Assembly: GCA_030649345.1 (NCBI GenBank)
Contig: JAUSKK010000022.1
Coordinates: 1 to 32,000 of the forward strand
Direction: 5' to 3'
Source: Candidatus Iainarchaeum sp.
GTDB lineage: Archaea > Iainarchaeota > Iainarchaeia > Iainarchaeales > 0-14-0-20-34-12
Length of the DNA stretch: 32,000 nt
Under the pieces are notes generated by a model. The model was not told the DNA's origin and ran no database searches. It was given only the letters and a program-made list of their open reading frames with translations. The stretch's first letter is position 1; every line of letters starts with the position of its first letter. The position numbers and the translations under genes were made by a program. Of this stretch, positions 24,781 through 32,000 are shown one piece after another.

Positions 24781-26007
24781 TCACTTTTTTTTGAACATCT
24801 GTATAGTATTTTTTAAAACAAAAATAAACCTGTCAATTTCTTGTTTTGTATTATAAACATAAAAGCTAGCGCGTGCACTGCCTGAAATTTTTAGTTCACG
24901 CATTAAGGGTTGTGCACAATGATCACCGGAGCGAATGGCAATACCTTCTTGATCCATTAAAGAAGCAATATCATGCGGATGAATTCCTTTCAAGTTAAAC
25001 GAAATTACTCCAGTTCTATATTTGGGTTTAGGGCCATACAATTGAATTCCTTCCAAGTCTTGCATTTGATTCCAAGCATATTGGGTTAATTCTTGTTCGT
25101 GTTTTTGAACATTTTCCATTCCTAACTTGGACAAGTAATCTACTGCAGTACCCAAAGCAATTCCGTCTCCAATATTGGATGTTCCTGCTTCAAACTTCCA
25201 AGGAACTTCATTAAAAGTTACAGAATCAAAAAAAACTTCAGAAATCATGTCACCGCCTAACAAAAAAGGTTCTAAATCATTCAACAAATCTTCTTTGCCA
25301 TACAATACACCAATTCCAGTGGGGGCTAACATTTTATGGCCCGAAAAAGCCAAAAAATCACAATTCAATTTTTGGACATTCACTGGGAAATGCGGAACAG
25401 ATTGAGCAGCATCCACAATGAATAACGAATTGTTGTCATGAACTGTTTTTCCAATTTCTTGAATTGGATTAATGGTTCCCAAAACATTGGATGCATGAGT
25501 TAAAGAAACAATTTTTGTTTTCGGAGTTAAAAGATTCTGCAAAGAATTTAAATCCAATAACCCGTTAGGAGTAACCTGAATATAGTTTAGTTTGAATCCT
25601 AGTTTTTTAGATAAATAAAGCCAAGGAACCAAATTGGAATGATGCTCCATTTGAGAAATTAAAACTTCGTCTCCTTTACTCAAATGAGTTCGATACAAAG
25701 AATAAGCAAGCAAGTTTAAGGACTCGGTTGTATTTCGAGTGAATACTATTTCTTTACTGAATTTAGCATGAATAAAGTTACCTACTTTAGCATGAGCTTG
25801 TTCATAGGCTTCTGAAGATTCTTCAGACAAAGTATGCAAGCCGCGGTGAACATTGGCATTATAGTTAGAATAAAAATCAACCAAAGATTGAATGACTTGT
25901 TTGGGTTTTTGAGTGGTAGCAGTGTTATCTAAATAAATCAAAGGTTTTTTGTTAACTTTTCGTTTCAAAATAGGAAAATCTTTTCTAATTTTTTTAACGT
26001 TAAACAT
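24781..26007 (-). CDS. sufS: cysteine desulfurase SufS (class V aminotransferase, group II)
   Basis: It has IRKDFPIL, SGHKMLAPTGIGVLYG (PLP Lys) and RSGDHCAQP (catalytic Cys). The ATG at 26007 gives an 8-nt overlap with the sufD stop. The track's upstream ATG at 26028 is also possible. Confidence 0.9.
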   Translation of the reverse strand: MFNVKKIRKDFPILKRKVNKKPLIYLDNTATTQKPKQVIQSLVDFYSNYNANVHRGLHTLSEESSEAYEQAHAKVGNFIHAKFSKEIVFTRNTTESLNLLAYSLYRTHLSKGDEVLISQMEHHSNLVPWLYLSKKLGFKLNYIQVTPNGLLDLNSLQNLLTPKTKIVSLTHASNVLGTINPIQEIGKTVHDNNSLFIVDAAQSVPHFPVNVQKLNCDFLAFSGHKMLAPTGIGVLYGKEDLLNDLEPFLLGGDMISEVFFDSVTFNEVPWKFEAGTSNIGDGIALGTAVDYLSKLGMENVQKHEQELTQYAWNQMQDLEGIQLYGPKPKYRTGVISFNLKGIHPHDIASLMDQEGIAIRSGDHCAQPLMRELKISGSARASFYVYNTKQEIDRFIFVLKNTIQMFKKK

Positions 26008-27232
26008 TTCTAGAATACTCCTTTTCAATAATTTCTTTAGCTTTATCTACTAATAAATGTGATGGAATGCGTTCTAAAAATTGTTCAAATACTCCATCCA
26101 CAATCAATCGTTCAGCTTCGCTGGCACTAAAGCCTCGGGACATTAAATAAAATATTTGTTTTTCATCCAATTGAGAAACACTGGCAGCATGCTTGGTTAA
26201 AACATCGTTATTGTCAATTTCCAGAGCAGGCAAAGCATTGGCTCTAGCTTGAGAACCTAACAAAACAGCATGACCTGCTAATTCAGAAAAAACTTGCTTG
26301 GCTTCTAAGTCAACTTTAATCAAACCTTTATAGACCGAAACTGAACGATCGTTCAAAATTCCTTTATTGAATGCATTGGCTGAAGTCTTTGAAGCTTTAT
26401 GCCAATTATTATTCACCAATTCATAGTGTTGTTGGCCATTGATTAAAAAGAAACCAAAATTTTCCAAACTAGAACCTTGGCCGATTAATTCTGTGTCTGT
26501 AAATTGTTTGAATACTTTAGAGCCAAAATTTCCAGTATGCCAAACCATTTTAGCGTCTTTTTCCACGAAAGCACGTTTGGCGGAAAAACCAAAACTTTCC
26601 TTAGACCAATATTGAAGAGTTGAAAGACTAACTTGTGCATTAGATTGAATAAAAAATTCAGAAGTATCCGAACACAACGAGTTAGTTTCTGGATTTTCGG
26701 AAATGCATTCTTCCACAATATCCAATTTAGAATTTTCTTCTGCAATCACCAATAAAGAATACAACACCGCGTTTTGATTTTCATTGGAATGAACTTGGAA
26801 ATGCAAAGGTTCAGAAAATTGTTTGTTTTTAGGAACAATAATGAACAGCAATTGGTTTACAAAAGCAGAATGAAAAGCAGTAGCTTTATTTTCGTTCGGT
26901 TTAACACAAGAAGTTAAAAAATATTTTTGCAAAACATCTGGATGATTTTTCAATGCTTCCGAAAAAGTTTCAACAATCAATCCTTCCTTTTTTAATTTTT
27001 CAGCATTCAAAACAGTCAAATTGCTGGAAGAACTTAAAGAATAATTCGAAAAATCAAAGCCTTCGAGTTTAGTGTAATTTTTTTCAATTGGACTATCGGG
27101 AAGGTCCAACAAAGGAAGTTTTTGAAAAGCTTCAAATGCCTGAATTCGTTTTTGAGTTAACCATTCTGGCTCGTTTCGTTTTTTGGAAAAATCTTTGACT
27201 TGAGTTAAAGAAATTTGCTGCAAGGTTTGCAT
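26000..27232 (-). CDS. sufD: Fe-S cluster assembly protein SufD
   Basis: The 410-aa protein sits between sufB and sufS. The C-terminal SufBD pattern is TKHAASVSQLDEKQIFYLMSRGFSASEAERLIV. Confidence 0.85.
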   Translation of the reverse strand: MQTLQQISLTQVKDFSKKRNEPEWLTQKRIQAFEAFQKLPLLDLPDSPIEKNYTKLEGFDFSNYSLSSSSNLTVLNAEKLKKEGLIVETFSEALKNHPDVLQKYFLTSCVKPNENKATAFHSAFVNQLLFIIVPKNKQFSEPLHFQVHSNENQNAVLYSLLVIAEENSKLDIVEECISENPETNSLCSDTSEFFIQSNAQVSLSTLQYWSKESFGFSAKRAFVEKDAKMVWHTGNFGSKVFKQFTDTELIGQGSSLENFGFFLINGQQHYELVNNNWHKASKTSANAFNKGILNDRSVSVYKGLIKVDLEAKQVFSELAGHAVLLGSQARANALPALEIDNNDVLTKHAASVSQLDEKQIFYLMSRGFSASEAERLIVDGVFEQFLERIPSHLLVDKAKEIIEKEYSRNV

Positions 27233-27244
27233 AATTATTTATCC

Positions 27245-29818
27245 TTATCCAACTGTGCCTAGCTTGTCAACTTCTAGATTGACTAAGCGGGAAAATTCAA
27301 TAGCATACTCTAAAGGCAATTCTCGTGCCACTTCGTTTAAGAAACCCAAAACAATCATGGAACGCGCTTCATTGTCGGTTAAACCGCGGGAAGTTAAATA
27401 AAAAATTTGCTCGTCAGAAATCTTGTTGACTGTAGCTTCGTGTGCAATGCTGGCAGTGGGTTCGTAAATTTCATTGTGAGGAAAAGCATAACTTTTTGAA
27501 AAATCATCCAAAATTAAACCAGAACAACACACGTACGAACTGGCATTTTTAGCTCCTTTGTTGATTCTTAAAAGACCGCGGTATACTGAGGTTCCTCCGC
27601 CCATGGAAATACTTTTGGCAATTACATTGGATTTCGTATTTTCTCCAACATGAATAACTTTTGCCCCCCCATCTTTCCAAGTGCCTCCGCTTCCAAAAGC
27701 AATATTTAAGTGAGTAGCTGTAGAATTGTCTCCGCGTAAAATTGTGCAAGGATACAGCATAGTTATGTATGAACCTAAACTTCCGCCCACCCATTCCATT
27801 TTTGCATTTTTGTCAACCAAAGATCTTTTTGTGTTTAAATTGTAAACATTCTTGGACCAGTTTTGCACCGTAGTATAACGAGCATCCGCATAATCCTTTA
27901 CATAAATTTCTACAACAGCGGAATGCAAAGAATATTCAGAATACTTGGGGGCCGTGCAATTATGAACTGCAACCATGTTTGCAGAATAGCTTTCGTCTTC
28001 TTCTACACCAAAGTTATAAACAGGCAAGTTTTCAACAACTCTTGTTTCAATTTTTTTAATAGGTGCATACATATAGTTTTCGTCTACGAAAAACATGGTT
28101 GCCCGTTTCTTAGAGTTTAAACTAGTCTCAATGAATTCGCCTACAAGGGCACCAAACTTTTGCATATATTCTCCGCCGATAACAATTGCGTACATAATTT
28201 GTCTGGGTGCTTTTCTAACTTGTTTGTTAATAGAAGAAGCAATACCTAAACGGAGCAAAATTTCACGAACTTGATAAGCTAAAGTTTTGCTCACAGTATT
28301 AATTCTAAACATTTCTTTTCGGCCCCAAGCATACTTTTTATTCATATAACTACCGTCTCCAAAATACAGAGATTTAATAAGTTCAGCTTGTTTTTCTGGG
28401 CTTTCCAGCATCATCCATTCAGGAATTTGTTTAGTGTTGCTGGAATGACCAAAGTGTTCCAATACACGTGCAATTTTTGCACCGGAAACAGTTATAGAAA
28501 TACCATGATTTGTTTTATGCACTGATTCACAGAATTTTTCGACACCAAAAACTTTTGAAAACAAGAGCTTCGTCTCATCAATGTATTCTTTTTCATTAAC
28601 ATTAAATGAAACCGATGAAGAAAAACCACGATTTGTACTGCCTTCAGATAAAAAATATCCTGCTAATTTGAAGAAATCCTTATTGGCCTTAACTTTTTCC
28701 TTTACTTTAATAAATTGACGTGTTCTGTCAGAGATAGACATACTAATTTCAAAGTCATAAAAGTTGTTGGAAATAATTTTTTTGTTGATTGGAATCGCTA
28801 CATAATCTCCTTGTTGAAGATTTTTAGCTTCAGCCCATTCGGGGTTCCATTCTTTGTTTCGCTCATTTGAATATTTTCTTCGAACTGCATAAAATGGATG
28901 TTCTTCTGTAGCTTCAATTTCTTGAGTGGTATCTCCATAAATATGAATTTTATGCAAGACACCAGTATACGGTCGCACTTGAGTAAAGTAAACACGCTTA
29001 AAATTTCCTTCATGAGTCAAAACCTTGTCTTCTTTCTGAACTTCTTCAATCGGTTGAATACCATGTTCTGTTCGAATGCTGGTTCCAGCAGTAAAACAAC
29101 CTTCCAAAAAATGAACTTTGGATTTAGGTTCTGCAATAATTAAAGTATGTTCAAATTGTCCTTCTTGGGCAGCGTTCATTCGATAATAAGCTTGTAAAGG
29201 CAAATCTACTTTCACTCCTTCGGGTACGTACACAAAACTTCCGCCAGACCAAAAAGCGGCATGCAAAGCAGAAAACTTGTTGTCATGAATGGGCACAGCT
29301 TGCATAAAATATTTTTTCACTAAATCCGGATGTTCTTGCATGGCAGTATCTACATCGGTGAAAATAACTCCTTGCTTGGCCCATTTTTCCTGCAGGTTAT
29401 GATAAATGGTATCGCTTTCGTATTGAGCAACAGAGCCGGCTAAATATTTTTGTTCAGCTTCAGGCACACCAATTTTGTCAAACGTGTCTTTAATTTCTTT
29501 GGGAACATCTTCCCAATTGGTTACTTTTTTGGAATCCGGACGAATATAACAAGTTAATTCTTCAAAATCAATATTATGCAAATTAGGCCCCCATTCTGGT
29601 AAAGGTCTTTCTAAAAAATGCTTTAATGCTTTCAAGCGCAAATCCAGCATCCATTTAGGTTCATCTTTTTGTTTAGATAAATCTTCCACAATGGCTTCCG
29701 AAATTCCTTTCTGAGAACGAAATGAAAGTTTATCTTGAGTAATGAAATTGTATTTTTCCAGTTCCATTTCAGCAAGCTCTTGTCTTCCTTTGACTTGTTC
29801 TTGAGTTAATTCAACCAT
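27245..29818 (-). CDS. sufB: Fe-S cluster assembly scaffold SufB, intein-containing precursor (857 aa)
   Basis: The N-extein ends in KVHFLEG. The C-extein begins CTAPKYSEYSLHSAVVEIYV and continues to HEATVNKISDEQIFYLTSRGL. The exteins total 477 aa, a normal SufB size. Confidence 0.95.
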   Translation of the reverse strand: MVELTQEQVKGRQELAEMELEKYNFITQDKLSFRSQKGISEAIVEDLSKQKDEPKWMLDLRLKALKHFLERPLPEWGPNLHNIDFEELTCYIRPDSKKVTNWEDVPKEIKDTFDKIGVPEAEQKYLAGSVAQYESDTIYHNLQEKWAKQGVIFTDVDTAMQEHPDLVKKYFMQAVPIHDNKFSALHAAFWSGGSFVYVPEGVKVDLPLQAYYRMNAAQEGQFEHTLIIAEPKSKVHFLEGCFTAGTSIRTEHGIQPIEEVQKEDKVLTHEGNFKRVYFTQVRPYTGVLHKIHIYGDTTQEIEATEEHPFYAVRRKYSNERNKEWNPEWAEAKNLQQGDYVAIPINKKIISNNFYDFEISMSISDRTRQFIKVKEKVKANKDFFKLAGYFLSEGSTNRGFSSSVSFNVNEKEYIDETKLLFSKVFGVEKFCESVHKTNHGISITVSGAKIARVLEHFGHSSNTKQIPEWMMLESPEKQAELIKSLYFGDGSYMNKKYAWGRKEMFRINTVSKTLAYQVREILLRLGIASSINKQVRKAPRQIMYAIVIGGEYMQKFGALVGEFIETSLNSKKRATMFFVDENYMYAPIKKIETRVVENLPVYNFGVEEDESYSANMVAVHNCTAPKYSEYSLHSAVVEIYVKDYADARYTTVQNWSKNVYNLNTKRSLVDKNAKMEWVGGSLGSYITMLYPCTILRGDNSTATHLNIAFGSGGTWKDGGAKVIHVGENTKSNVIAKSISMGGGTSVYRGLLRINKGAKNASSYVCCSGLILDDFSKSYAFPHNEIYEPTASIAHEATVNKISDEQIFYLTSRGLTDNEARSMIVLGFLNEVARELPLEYAIEFSRLVNLEVDKLGTVG
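27959..29098 (-). mobile_element. 380-aa intein with a LAGLIDADG homing-endonuclease domain inside SufB (precursor residues 241-620)
   Basis: Cys1 is in CFTAGTSI (codon at 29098-29096). The block B TxxH is TEEH. The LAGLIDADG motifs are FFKLAGYFLSEGS and LIKSLYFGDGSY. The C-terminal VAVHN (Asn codon 27961-27959) is followed by Cys+1. Confidence 0.85.
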
Positions 29819-29856
29819 AACTTGTTCACCTAAAATTTATTTAACTTTAATTTTAA

Positions 29857-30675
29857 TTATTCAACTGTGTGTGTTTCTTGCCATTCTTTGTGCCATTCCT
29901 GGATTGATTCGTATCCTGTAGTTTCCAATTCATTGGCTAAACTAGCTGGACCAGATTTTACAATTTTTCCATCCACCAAAACATGAACAAAAGTTGGATT
30001 AATGTAATCCAAAACTCGTTTGTAATGAGTAATGATTAATATTCCCATTTCAGTTTTGCGTTCTTCAAACACAAGATTAATTCCTTGAGCTACTGTTCGC
30101 ACTGCATCAATATCTAGGCCTGAATCAATTTCATCCAAGATTGCAAGCTTAGGTTTCAAAACTGACATTTGGAGTACTTCAGCTCGTTTTTTTTCTCCGC
30201 CTGAAAAACCTAAATTTAAATCTCGTTTTGCAAAATCTTCAGAAATATGCAATTGGTTTAATTTTTCTTTTAAATCTTTTTGAAATTGGATTGCTGTGCT
30301 TGTACCAGTTCCTGAAACATTTCCTTTATTGTCTAATTGAACATTGTGAACAGCTAAATAAGAACGCCGCAAAAAAGTACTCATTTTTACTCCTGGAACT
30401 TCCACTGGATACTGGAAAGCTAAAAACAATCCTGCTTTGGCTCGTTCATTGGGAAGCAAAGTTAAAACATTTTGACCATTTAATAAAATTTGTCCTTGAG
30501 TTACTTTGTATTTAGGATGACCCATAATAATATTTGACAAAGTACTTTTTCCTGAACCATTGGGACCCATGATGGCATGAATTTCTCCGGCTTGAATGAT
30601 TAAATTAATTCCACGCAAAATGGATTTGCCTTCAATTTCGGCATGCAAGTTTTTAATTTCCAATAAATTATTCAT
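29857..30675 (-). CDS. sufC: Fe-S cluster assembly ATPase SufC
   Basis: It has Walker A GPNGSGKST, the signature FSGGEKKR and Walker B ILDEIDSGLD. Confidence 0.95.
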   Translation of the reverse strand: MNNLLEIKNLHAEIEGKSILRGINLIIQAGEIHAIMGPNGSGKSTLSNIIMGHPKYKVTQGQILLNGQNVLTLLPNERAKAGLFLAFQYPVEVPGVKMSTFLRRSYLAVHNVQLDNKGNVSGTGTSTAIQFQKDLKEKLNQLHISEDFAKRDLNLGFSGGEKKRAEVLQMSVLKPKLAILDEIDSGLDIDAVRTVAQGINLVFEERKTEMGILIITHYKRVLDYINPTFVHVLVDGKIVKSGPASLANELETTGYESIQEWHKEWQETHTVE

Positions 30676-30678
30676 TTG

Positions 30679-30695
30679 AAAAACCCGCGGTTTTT
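30679..30695. promoter_or_regulatory. GC-cored palindrome immediately upstream of the sufC start
   Basis: AAAAACC-CGC-GGTTTTT forms a 7-bp stem and is the only G+C-rich element in the 63-nt ArsR-sufC spacer. It lies between an AT-rich TATA-like stretch (30696-30720) and the ATG at 30675. Confidence 0.35.
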
Positions 30696-30738
30696 AAAAT
30701 ATTTTAAAATTAAAAATTTTAAATTCATAAATTCTCCA

Positions 30739-31101
30739 TTAAACTTTTTTACAACCCGAAGCACACATAGTGTGCGCGTGTCTATGTATAATTTGAAAAA
30801 TATTGGCTTTTTCACTCGGAAACTGTAAGCCTTCTTTCACTTGTGCAACCAAAGAATATACATGTTCTTTTCCTTTTTGTTCGACATCCACATAACTACA
30901 AGTTCTCAACATTTGCAAACTGTGCGATAATCTGCTTTGCTCTACATTCAATTCTTTGGATAATTCATTCACAGTCAACGATTTTTTCATTAAAGCTTGA
31001 ATGATTTCTACACGCAATTCATTGGCAAAAGTCTCAAAACACAAATTATACGGAACTTGAATTAAACGATGATTGGAAGCGGAAACAGAAACATTACTCA
31101 T
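30739..31101 (-). CDS. ArsR/SmtB-family winged-helix regulator with a His/Cys-rich C-terminal tail
   Basis: CFETFANELRVEIIQALMKKSLTVNELSKELNVEQSRLSHSLQMLR is the ArsR HTH pattern. The tail is HRHAHTMCASGCKK. It is the first gene of the suf cluster. Confidence 0.85.
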   Translation of the reverse strand: MSNVSVSASNHRLIQVPYNLCFETFANELRVEIIQALMKKSLTVNELSKELNVEQSRLSHSLQMLRTCSYVDVEQKGKEHVYSLVAQVKEGLQFPSEKANIFQIIHRHAHTMCASGCKKV

Positions 31102-31229
31102 ATGAAATATAGGTCATATGGCATTATTTAAGTATATTGGTGCAAAAGTGCCAATAAACAAAGACAAAAGCAGGTTTAAATAATCATACGCACAAAAGTA
31201 GTTCAATCAAATACAAATGTAGTGATTAT

Positions 31230-31532
31230 ATGAGTAGCATAAAGGAAACAGTTCTCTCCATTCGGATCGATAAACGACTACTTGACGAATTAGATGATTT
31301 TTCAAATAAGAAAAAAAGTACACGAGCTGAATTCATCCGTGAAGCATTAGAGACATTTGTTGATGATGTCCACAGTGGCGAAGAAGACCAATGCACGGAG
31401 GACTTTGTAAATGCACGTATTGACGAAAAAGCATATTTAGAATATTTTAAATTCACTAAAGTACCAGAAGACATTTTGCAATTAAGAAAAGAAAATCTCA
31501 CTAGGTTCAAAAATAAAAGCAGGGGACAGTAA
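31230..31532 (+). CDS. ribbon-helix-helix (CopG/Arc/MetJ-like) protein with an acidic C-terminal extension
   Basis: VLSIRIDKRLLDELDDFSNKKKSTRAEFIREALETFV fits a strand-helix-helix pattern. TTTAAATA and GTGAT lie upstream. A TAATG stop/start overlap joins it to the next ORF. Confidence 0.7.
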   Translation: MSSIKETVLSIRIDKRLLDELDDFSNKKKSTRAEFIREALETFVDDVHSGEEDQCTEDFVNARIDEKAYLEYFKFTKVPEDILQLRKENLTRFKNKSRGQ

Positions 31533-31894
31533 TGGCTAAAAGAAAATCGAGTCTTCAGAGTCATAAAAACCACGGTACTTTAGATCAGATTAAGTGCCCA
31601 AACTGTGGCACATTCATTCCAATTACTGAAACATTAAATCATCAGTTAAAAGAAGCGACTAGACATGAACTAGAGAAAGAGTTTAGTACAAAATTTATTC
31701 AACAAAAAGAAAAGCTTGAGAAAGACGCTATTAAAAAAGCCGAAGAAGAAGTCTCAGTAGAGATTAAAGATTACAAAAAGCAGTTACAAGAAAAAAACAA
31801 AAAATTTCAGAAAAAGATATTTCCGAGGCAGTTCAATGGGCAAGAAAAAAGTAGTCTTAAACCAACCAGCAGTTTATTAATTGATTATACTTAA
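31532..31894 (+). CDS. zinc-ribbon plus coiled-coil protein resembling the N-terminal part of DUF2130; probably truncated
   Basis: IKCPNCGTFIPITETLNHQLKE is followed by a Lys/Glu coiled coil. The ORF ends after 120 aa in A-rich runs, and only 24 nt separate it from the next gene. Confidence 0.45.
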   Translation: MAKRKSSLQSHKNHGTLDQIKCPNCGTFIPITETLNHQLKEATRHELEKEFSTKFIQQKEKLEKDAIKKAEEEVSVEIKDYKKQLQEKNKKFQKKIFPRQFNGQEKSSLKPTSSLLIDYT

Positions 31895-31918
31895 TTTTTA
31901 TGCTAAGAAAGTGGTTGA

Positions 31919-32000
31919 ATGTTTCAGTTTGTTTTTATTGATGAAAGCGGGGACTTGGGAATAAATGGTTCAAATTACCTAATTCTAGCAGCAGTTATAG
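31919..32000 (+). CDS. DUF3800-like protein, N-terminal fragment cut by the window edge
   Basis: The ATG at 31919 opens MFQFVFIDESGDLGINGSNYLILAAVI. FIDESGD is the characteristic DUF3800 N-terminal motif. Confidence 0.5.
   Translation, partial: MFQFVFIDESGDLGINGSNYLILAAVI

Noticed and set aside
31099-31158. TCATATG direct repeat (31098-31104 and 31114-31120) and imperfect palindrome TTGGTGCAAAAGTGCCAA upstream of the ArsR gene as an autoregulatory operator
   Set aside because: The repeats are short, AT-rich and imperfect, and one overlaps the start codon. They bear no resemblance to the GC palindrome at sufC, so there is too little evidence to call a site.
31226-31573. 115-aa minus-strand ORF opposite the RHH gene
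   Set aside because: The plus-strand frame has a ribbon-helix-helix pattern, an upstream TATA-like box, a GTGAT RBS and a TAATG coupling to the next ORF. The minus-strand product is Ser/Leu/Phe-rich with no features.
1-32000. Scan for tRNA, rRNA, CRISPR arrays, transposases and integrases
   Set aside because: I saw no T-loop/acceptor-like GGTTCRAATCC context outside coding sequence, no regularly spaced repeats, and no ORF with transposase or integrase motifs. The only mobile-type elements seen are the intein and the repeat-flanked TA cassette.

Overview
This is a gene-dense, AT-rich window with about 36 protein genes, very short spacers, and several 1-8 nt start/stop or stop/stop overlaps. 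I saw no rRNA, tRNA or CRISPR array. An AbrB-PhoU fusion, a UPF0173-type MBL hydrolase, ScpB, TATA-like boxes about 25-35 nt upstream of starts and GGTGAT/GGAGG ribosome-binding sites suggest a small-genome archaeon of the DPANN type. That cannot be proven without a database search. Housekeeping genes include a long-form GMP synthase, a YhhQ-type queuosine-precursor transporter, a class I aminotransferase, NAD(P)HX dehydratase, a membrane H+-pyrophosphatase, a Glu/Leu/Phe/Val-family dehydrogenase, Bcp peroxiredoxin, an SDR next to a pterin-4a-carbinolamine dehydratase, an MFS transporter, and a complete ArsR-sufCBDSU operon on the minus strand. The unusual content, in my order of interest: (1) sufB is split by a 380-aa LAGLIDADG intein at the conserved EG|CTAP site. 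(2) An AbrB/PIN (VapBC-like) cassette sits directly after guaA. It is bracketed by a perfect 15-nt direct repeat that duplicates the guaA 3' end, and its PIN gene is frameshifted. (3) An uncharacterised envelope gene cluster (14.1-17.4 kb) holds a signal-peptide/TM protein with a cytoplasmic C-terminal winged helix, a secreted DUF5667-like coiled-coil protein preceded by TGGAAC direct repeats, and a divergent lipoprotein. (4) A perfect 13-nt inverted repeat is centred on the putative TATA box of the pyrophosphatase gene. (5) There is a Cys-rich, membrane-anchored HExxH surface protein. (6) A RelBE pair, whose antitoxin is below the ORF-track cutoff, sits against the end of the suf operon. (7) An RHH / truncated DUF2130-like / DUF3800-like island begins at the right edge. 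I found no clearly novel multi-gene system. The envelope cluster is the best candidate, and it remains an inference.
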